From: Patescibacteria group bacterium
GTDB lineage: Bacteria > Patescibacteriota > UBA1384 > XYA2-FULL-43-10
Assembly: GCA_041674405.1 (NCBI GenBank)
Contig: JBAYVT010000006.1
Span: forward strand, 1 to 32,000
DNA: 32,000 nucleotides
Reading direction: 5' to 3'
Below, piece after piece: positions 7,074-16,000 of the stretch (position 1 is its first letter; each line of letters opens with the position of its first letter). The notes beneath the pieces are model-generated. The model was not told where the DNA came from. It made no database searches and was given only the letters and a program-made list of their open reading frames with translations. Position numbers and translations under genes: made by a program.

Positions 7074-10000
7074 ATGGGAGATTTTTTAAGAAAATTTAGC
7101 GCACTTACCAAGCTCAGGAGACAGAGAAAAGAGCGCAGTTTTGACATGGAAAAGTTGTCTTACGATCAAGCCAGGGAAAAATTCTCCAAAATATTTGAAG
7201 GCAAAATAACCGAGATCAAATCAGAAGCAGAAGCTATTCCGCAGAAATATTCGGAGATTAAATCTGATGCTCATGCTAAACATGGAAGAGAGCTTCGACG
7301 AATAGAGCGGCAGAAGGCCAGGGAATTAAAAAAACTTTCAAACGAAGAAAGATACGTCAGGTCTCGAATCAAGTACATCGAAGCCGGCGGAACAAAAACG
7401 ACATTTTCTGTATTCAAGTCTCTTGATTCAAACTTGAAGCACCGGTTTTCTTGGTATGAAAAATGGAGTTTAAATCCGCTTTCTGCCAAGGTAAATTTAT
7501 CGGCTGCAGGGATTTATATATTTGCCTTTTTGTTTGTAGTTTCCTTTTTTGCCCAGATACCAAAAGTCTCGGATGCAAGCGGGACATATGCTTGGAAATC
7601 TACCAAGGTCGCCCAGATAGATGCCAAAAGCAGCCAAGACGTGCCGAACCTTGACAATTCATCGGAACCGCAAAAATCGATCAGTGTAGATAATGTCACG
7701 GTAAATTTTTCCGATCAAAATAAAACAGCCTCGACAGAAATTGCGGCGACCATCGGCGGCAACAATGAGACTAATGCGGTGAAATTTACCCTGCTGCAAT
7801 CAAGCGGAGAAAAAAGTGAGTCAGTTTCTAAAAACAGAAGCATTTGGCAGAAAATTGCTGGTATTTTTCAGGCCGAAGCTGAAGATTCCAACGAAGCTAA
7901 TCCTGGAACAGGCGAGATAAAAGAAGCTACTGGTATCGAGGTAATATCAAGCGATGAGAAAAATAGCGTCACTTATAAGGTGAACGACAATCTGGATTTG
8001 GCGTATGAGGTTACGAAGGATGCTGGATCTGCAAAAATTAAAGAAACAGCAATCATAAAGGATGCAATTGCACTATCGAATGACAAATTATTGTTTGATG
8101 TGAATCTTTCTGGGCTCTCTGCGGTAGCACATGATGATGGATCGTATGATCTGGTTTCTGGGGATGGAGAATTAGTGATGCAAATTGCAGCTCCGACAAT
8201 TTTTGATGCTGAACAAAATAGCGGAATGGTAAATTTGGCGATCGACGAAACTGATGGCTCGGCCACATATTCTATTGATCCGGAATTTGTTAAAACAGCC
8301 AAGTATCCACTTTATCTAGATCCGACGGTTACAATTACCACATCCACAACCACAAACCCAAATTCTTATTCCAAGGATCACACCCTGTTTGAGGCGACCA
8401 ATGGTTCGATGGTAAATATCTATTCCGATGGGTCAAGCCTGTATTATACGATTTCGTCGGATCATGGCAATACTTGGGGGGCTGGTACAAAAATTCTGGA
8501 TACGGCTACCGCCGATGATACTGGTTTTTCCGGTTGGATGACTGCCGACAATAAGATTCATCTGGTTTACTCAAATAACGGAACGAATTCCTATATTTTT
8601 TATCGCGCCCTGACATTTGATACTGGAACCAATGCCATAACTTCGACAGGTACTGAATACACCGTCGAATCTGCCGGTACCAGCCAGGCTTTTCCTTCGG
8701 TTACTGTGAGTACTGCCGCCACAATTTATGTTGCTTACAGATACTATGACGGGGCGAATTATACGATTAAAGTAAAACCCTCGACAGCCACGGACGGTTC
8801 AACATGGGATACTGCAGCTACAATATCATCTGGAACAAATGCTTCTGCCGCAACATATCCAGAGCTCACACTCTGGGGGGACAATCCAGCAGTGGTCTAT
8901 AATTTTGCAAACGGAAGCTTCCGCTGGAATTATTATAATGGATCGGCTTGGCAGGCAGCTGGCTGGACGAATGAAAATATCTCAAATGAAGTTGATGCTG
9001 ATACGGGATTAGAATTTTCCTTAAGCCAGGCAACAAGTGATCACTTTCTACACCTTGCCTGGCGGGGATCAAGTACAAATGGCATCTTGTATCGCAAGCT
9101 TGCTAGCGCATCAGATACATCAAAATGGGATTCGGCATCGCAGGCCGTTACATCTTCTCATGATGATCGTTATCCGAATCTGGGTTTGGGTTTGAATGAC
9201 GCGCTATATCTATACTATAGCGAATACGTTGGAGCCAATTCATACAATGTTAAATATGTAGAAAAAGTTGGAAACACCGCCTTTGGGTCAACTAAGGTTT
9301 CTGTCACGACTGACAATGCCAATAATCTGATTCCAAAAGCAGCAATGAAGGGTACAAGCGTCCAAATTGCTGCGTATCCAGCGAGTGCTTATGATTTGAG
9401 TTTTAGTGGAAGCAGCCAGTATGTCAATATCGGCTCTGGATATGATAATTTTACATCCGGTCTAACATTTAGCATCTGGGCTTATCCAACAAATACGAAC
9501 GGCTGGGGTAGATATTTTGATCTTGCCAATGGCTCTGCAAATAATAATATCATGTTCGCGCGTAACGGAACGACTACAAACTTAACTTATGATATTTACA
9601 ATGGCGCAACAAGTGGAGGAAGTGTTACAGCAAATGGGGTGATCGAGCTAAATAAATGGCAACACTTTGTCGTTACCGAAACTGCGAGCGGAGTCGTAAC
9701 GATCTACAAAAACGGATCAGTCGTCGGTGGATCTGCGAGTTTTATTCTTCCCAATAATATTACTAGGACATCGAATTATATTGCCAAGAGCAACTGGCCA
9801 GATCCTTACTACGCTGGGCAAATTGATGAACCACAGATTTACAATAGAGCACTTACTTCAGATGAGGTTACTGCTCTCTATAACGGCGGGTCAATTTCAC
9901 AGCTATATTTTTCCTCAGGCTTAGTTGCCGGCTGGCATCTCGAAGAAAACTCTGGAACCTCAATTGCAGATTATTCAGGAAATGGTTATACAGGAGCATT

Positions 10001-13000
10001 ACAGGGTCCACCCACATGGGTGTCTCAGGGTTCCGGTGGCGTCTATACGGTTCCTGCAATTAGTATTTCTTCTTATTCCCCGGTAGTTTTTGTTTCCGGT
10101 ACCGGCCCATCTTATGATATTAATTATGCTCCAACGGTGAAGGTTTGGAGCGCGGCTGCAGATGGAAACTGGGAAACGGATGCTAATTGGACGCCAAGCG
10201 GCGCTCCGGCTGCAGGCGACATAGTATTATTTGACGGGACATCAACCAAGAATTGTACTGTTACGACTTATACCGGTAGTGCTGGAGGGATGGGTATTGC
10301 TGACGGCATAGGAAGCGTTTCCTTGAATCCCGGTTATACTGGGACGATTACATTCCAAAAAAAGCCTTCGCAAAATGCTGACCCGTACAAAATTAATATT
10401 GCGGGAGATTTTGCCATTAATGCAGGAACCGTACTATCGCAAGGAGATACCTCTGTTGCTCACGGTGGGGTGACTGATGGGCGTGGTAATGAATACGGTT
10501 CTTTGAACCTGATTATTGGTTCGTCTGGAACCTTAAGCGCAGACAGTCTCGGGTTTCCAGCGTTCTCAGGGCCTGGGTATGGTGGTACGGGTACTTATGG
10601 AGGCCAAGGTTACTATAGTTCAGCAAACACATATGGTGATTTTTCAAATCCAGTAAGTTTGGGAAGTGGGAGTGCTAATGGTATAAGTGGCGGCGTATCT
10701 GGAGGCGGAGCAATGCTTATAAGCGTTACAGATACCGCAGACATATCGGGCACAATGTCAGCAAATGGCCAAACTTCAGGCGCTTACGCTGGAGCAGGCG
10801 GATCTGGAGGCTCTGTCAACGTGTCTGCCAAGACAATATCAAATAGCAGCGGAGGTGGTGTTATCTCCACAGAAGGTGGAGATGCCACATACACCTCTGC
10901 CGGTGGCAGTCCTGGCGGCGGCGGACGAATTAGCCTTCAAGCAACAACAATCAGCTATAACGGAACTCTAACAGCCGCAGGTGGAGTTTGGAACGCCAGC
11001 CGTTATGCTTCTGCCGGTACTATATTTAAAAAGGCCGGAGGCCAGAGCTACGGAGATCTTATTATTGACAATGGCACCAATGCTCCAGACTGGCGCATCT
11101 TCGGTGCTGCTCATTTAAAGGGCATAAACGATACGGGATCATATCAATTCGACAATCTGATAATCCAAAATTATGGAAAACTCGCTATAGATACCGGTCA
11201 AACTTTTGATCTTACAGGCGGCGTAACAGGTGGGGACAAAAATGCCGGTGTTATAAACGCAGGTACAATCACAACTCCTTCGACTTGGACACTGAATTAT
11301 TTTTTTGCTGACAAAAATGGTACGATTACAAACCTAGCAAACAAAGATATCATTGTCTCCTCAACCGGCCGCCTAACTCATTACGCAAACGCCAATCTTG
11401 AAACTTATAAATTAAATTGGCAAATAAATAACTTTACCGTTCAATCAGGCGGGGAAGTAATTACCTCAGGTGTCGGTTATGCGGCTGGACAAGGAACTGG
11501 TTATACAAGTGGTGCAGGTTCGAGTTATGGGGGGGATGGATACGCCGCAAGCACCACCAAAGCCTACGGAGATTATTCGAACCCAATCAATCTCGGAAGC
11601 GGCGGGTCGTATGCCGGTGGCGGCGGGGCAATTATCTTGAATGTTACAAATACACTAGACATTTCGGGGACAGGTATTATTTTGGCAGATGGCCTGAGTC
11701 ATGGGTCAATGAATAATAGCGCCGGCTCTGGCGGTTCAGTTAATCTGACCGCATCTTCTATCACCAACTCCGGTGGTGGGGGCTCAATCACAGCTAATGG
11801 TGGAAATTGTACTTTTTCCGGCGGCGGTTTCCAGCCGGGCGGCGGCGGCGGACGAATAAAACTCGAGGCGACTACGATTAGCTATAACGGAACAATTACT
11901 GCGGTCGGAGGATATAACGGCAACATGTATGCCTCTGGGGGCACAATTTACAAAAAGGCCGGTGGCCAGAGTTACGGTGATCTGATTATCAATAATGGAA
12001 CAAATACGCCTTTAGTGAGAAACCAGTTAAGTGCCCATCTTAAAACTTCGACCGATAATGGCACTTATCAATTTGATTCGATAACATTTTCCGGTTATGG
12101 CAGGTTGGTTGTCGACGCAAACCAAACCCTAAAACTCGACTCTGGCACGATAAGCGGTAACAAAACATCGGGAATTGTAAATGCTGGTACTATTAATGTG
12201 CCGGATAGTTGGAGCTTGAACCATTATTATTCTGACAAAGGTGGCACGATTACGAATTCGTCAAGTAAAAGTTTGACAATTACCTCAACAGGCCTTATGA
12301 CCCACTATCCGAATACGACTGATGAAACATATAAATTGAACTTAAATCTTTCAGGCCTGACCGTCCAATCAACTGGCGAGATCAATGTTGGTGAGATGGG
12401 CAATCAAACCGGGTATGGAAGTGGTTATGCAGCTGGAGTCGGTGCATCTCACGGCGGTGTCGGCGGAAGCTCAACTGCAGCTAAAACTTATGGTGATTAT
12501 ACCAATCCGATCAATATTGGAAGCGGTGGTAGCGGTAATGGCGGTGGCGGTAATGGCGGTGGCGCAGCAATTATCAATGTAACCAATTCGCTTGATATTA
12601 GCGGAACAATTTCGGCTTCTGGCGGTACATACCCGGGAGCCTGTTATGACTATGGATCAAGCGGTGGAAGTATTAATCTAACGGCCGGACAAATTACGGG
12701 CAGCGGCTATCTGTATGCACTTGGCGGAACCGTCAATTTTGGCTGTGCTGCACGTGACGGCGGCGGCGGCGGACGAATTAAAGCAGAAGCGACATCGATA
12801 GCGGGGACTTTGCATTATTCCGCGGCAGGCGCGCCAGGGGCTGGCACCCGCGGTGGATCTGCTGGTACGATTTACAAAAAAATAACCGGGGAATCAACCG
12901 GCGATCTTATTATCGATAATTCAACTACAAGCGCTACTGCATATACTCCCCTAACGATGCCTGTTTCTCTGAAAGTTTTAACGCTGCAAAGCAATGGCAG

Positions 13001-16000
13001 GCTTGAGGCAAATCCGAATGCTGACTCGGGCCAAAATGCCTTTTCAATCTCAGGGGATTTGACCATTGCTTCTGGAACTACAATGAGTGTGAAAGGAGAT
13101 GCTGACGGGACCCCTGCTGCAGGTTCTTGGCCGGCACTAACGGTCGGAGGTAGCGCGAGCATTGCTGGCACGCTGACAGCAACTGGCAATGGTTTCATTC
13201 ACGATACCGGTCCCGAAAGTGGTAAAGGGTTAGTTGCTGGTGGAAATGGTTCCGGTGGCGGTTATGGCGGCGCGGGGGGAAATTCGGCCGGCGGCGCCGT
13301 TGGGGGCCAAACTTACGGAGATCAGAGGAACAACAATTATCTTGGCTCCGGCGGTGGAAATACGAATGGCGGATCCGGCGGCGGAATGGTCAAGCTTTCT
13401 GTGGCTGGTAACTTGGCGCTTTCGACGACAGGTATTATTTCTTCGGATGGCAATGCTGGTGGCGCAAATGGCGGTGGTGGTTCCGGCGGATCAGTCCAGA
13501 TTGTTACCGGCGGTACTTTGTCCGGATCCGGAAGTGCTAAGATCACCACAAATGGGGGAGCTGGCGGTAGTGCTGGTGGCGGCGGTGGCGGCGGACGCGT
13601 TACCATTTATACGGCAAGTGATTCCTATACAGGTGCGCTGACGGCAAATGGAGGCACCAAGGGCACAGGAGCCCAGGATGGTTCTGCTGGTACCATACTG
13701 AATCAACATTCACCGACGGCACCAACAATTACTTCGCCAACCGATGCGGCAACCGGTCAAGTGCAAAGGATAGCTTTTCACTTTAATTCGACAGATATCG
13801 ATACTGACTGGATTCAATACAAATTACAATTAGCTACAGATTCCGGTATTACGCAAAACGTCTCAACTTTCGACGAAACGGTTTCACAATCTCCGTCTGA
13901 TGGCGGCCGATCTGCAGCTTTTTCAAATCAGAATATGACAACCGGAAAGGCGGCTGGGACCGATGGCTATGAATCGGGACGCGATGCAATTTTGACGCTA
14001 ACTTCGGATTTAACTCAAGGTGCGACTTACTATTATCGCGTGTATGCCTATGACCCGGAGGGTGTTGATTCGTTTGATGGTACGCAGCACTGGTCTATCG
14101 CTTCGAGCGTACAATCATTCACGGTTGCGGCTATCGACCGCATCGCTTTTTCAACTGCACAGCAGGAAATCGTGGTGACTTTCTGTTCGGCAGAGATGAC
14201 GATAAACTTGAGAAATTCAGCGAATACCAACATGAATTTGACTGCTGATGACGGCTCAAAGACAATTCATTTGGCATCAACCTCATCAGGTGGAAAATTT
14301 TATTCCGACGGCAATTGCCAATCGGAGCTTTCCGGCGCAAATGTCACAATTGCCCCGGGAAATTCAGCCTCAACCTTCTATTACAAAGACACGGTTCCGT
14401 CCGCGGTAGGAGGATATTGGAATATCACTGCGGCCGAGTCTCCATCAGCCGGCTGGACGGATGGATCGCAAAATATTCGGATCAAAGCAGGTGATTTTGG
14501 TTCTTTCGAGATTACTGGCGCACCAGCCACCATTGTTGCTGGCCAAGCCTTCTCGTCACCGGCAAACGATATTACCGTGACGGTGAAAGATGTATTTGGC
14601 AATGTAAAGAACGACTGGATCGGGGAAATTTGGTTCTATTCTTCCGATTCCCAGGCAACCTTTCCTTACAATGATTCGAGCAAATATACTTTCACATCGG
14701 GAGAGGGATTAGATAACGGCACCCACACCTTCGCGGGGACAGGATTTACTTACAAAACGAAGGGCAACCAATCTCTTGTAGTTCACAACTCGGAAGGCAG
14801 CGAACATGATGCCGTGACAAATGTGGCAGTCACGCCGGCTGCAACGGATCATTTTGGCCTTGCCAGTTATCCGAAGACCACGCAAGGATATTTTGCCATG
14901 GCCTCATTTGCCTGGAATACGCCGGGTTACTCGAATGCTCCGTATACGCCAGCAGTGACTGTTTATGACCAATTCAACAACGTCAAAGACAATTTCACCG
15001 GCAGTGTCTGGTTTGAATTATACAAATCGTCCGACACACCGGGAAATCCAGGTGACTCAACTGCCAGCTATTCTTTTGACAATGATTATACCAATCCTTA
15101 TACCTTTACTTCCGGCACAGGGAATGACAACGGCGCGCACGCATTTGCCGGTAGTGGGTTTATAGTGAATTCTGCCGGATCAGATTTGCGATTCAGGGTT
15201 AAAACCACAGACAATGGCAATAAATACTCTGATTTCACAATTTCGGTAAAACCGCAGGCGATCGATCACTTTGGCATCACCGCCTCCCCGACGCTTTCCA
15301 GAGGTGGCACAGACTGGGAGAAAGCAGTGGACTCGACCTTTACTGAAGATGTGACGGTCACTGCTTATGATGCGTTTGGCAATGTAAAAACCGATTATGG
15401 ATATGATGAAAATACCAAGGCGGGAATGATTTATTTTTATTCATCCGACACATATGCAGTGTTGCCATATTACAAAACCGTTTCAACCGATTCCACGCAT
15501 TGTTACAATTTTCCGGCCGATAATACCGGTACTTACACATTTACCCCAGAGAATACGCCGACAAATTACTTCATGTTTCGTACTGGAGGATACCAAACAA
15601 TTTCAGCATCAGAATGTATCGATCCAACCTCCGATTATGCAACCAATGTGAATACCAATCGTTATGATCCAAGGCTTGAGGGGACAAACCCATTAAAACT
15701 TGCTGCTTCGATTGGTTCTCTTCCTGCCGCGAATGCTACGCCTAACAAAGTATTTGTGTCACAGCATGTGCCAGGGTCAAATCATACAGCAACAGCCCAC
15801 ACAAATGATGCCAACGATCTTATTTCGGCAGCACCTGGCCACCAACAGGCAACTATCTCCTGGTACAATCCATTCGACGTGCCGTCTGATTCCAATGTTC
15901 ATCCTCAGGTTTATGTTTATCGTTGTACTCTTACCGATTGTAATGATCCGGAAAATTTCCAAAAAATTATAACCAATCCTTCCGAAGTTGCCGCAACTCC

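Noticed and set aside
13234-13709. Alternative-frame and antisense ORFs inside the giant gene (135 aa plus strand; 89-aa poly-Pro and 72-aa minus strand), and similar ones at 12872-13198 and 7973-8302
   Set aside because: They coincide with GGC/GGT glycine-codon runs of the giant ORF. The antisense reading gives PPPPPP and the shifted frame gives A/V/M-rich strings. They are fully embedded in a long, motif-rich ORF, so they are artefacts of repetitive codon composition.
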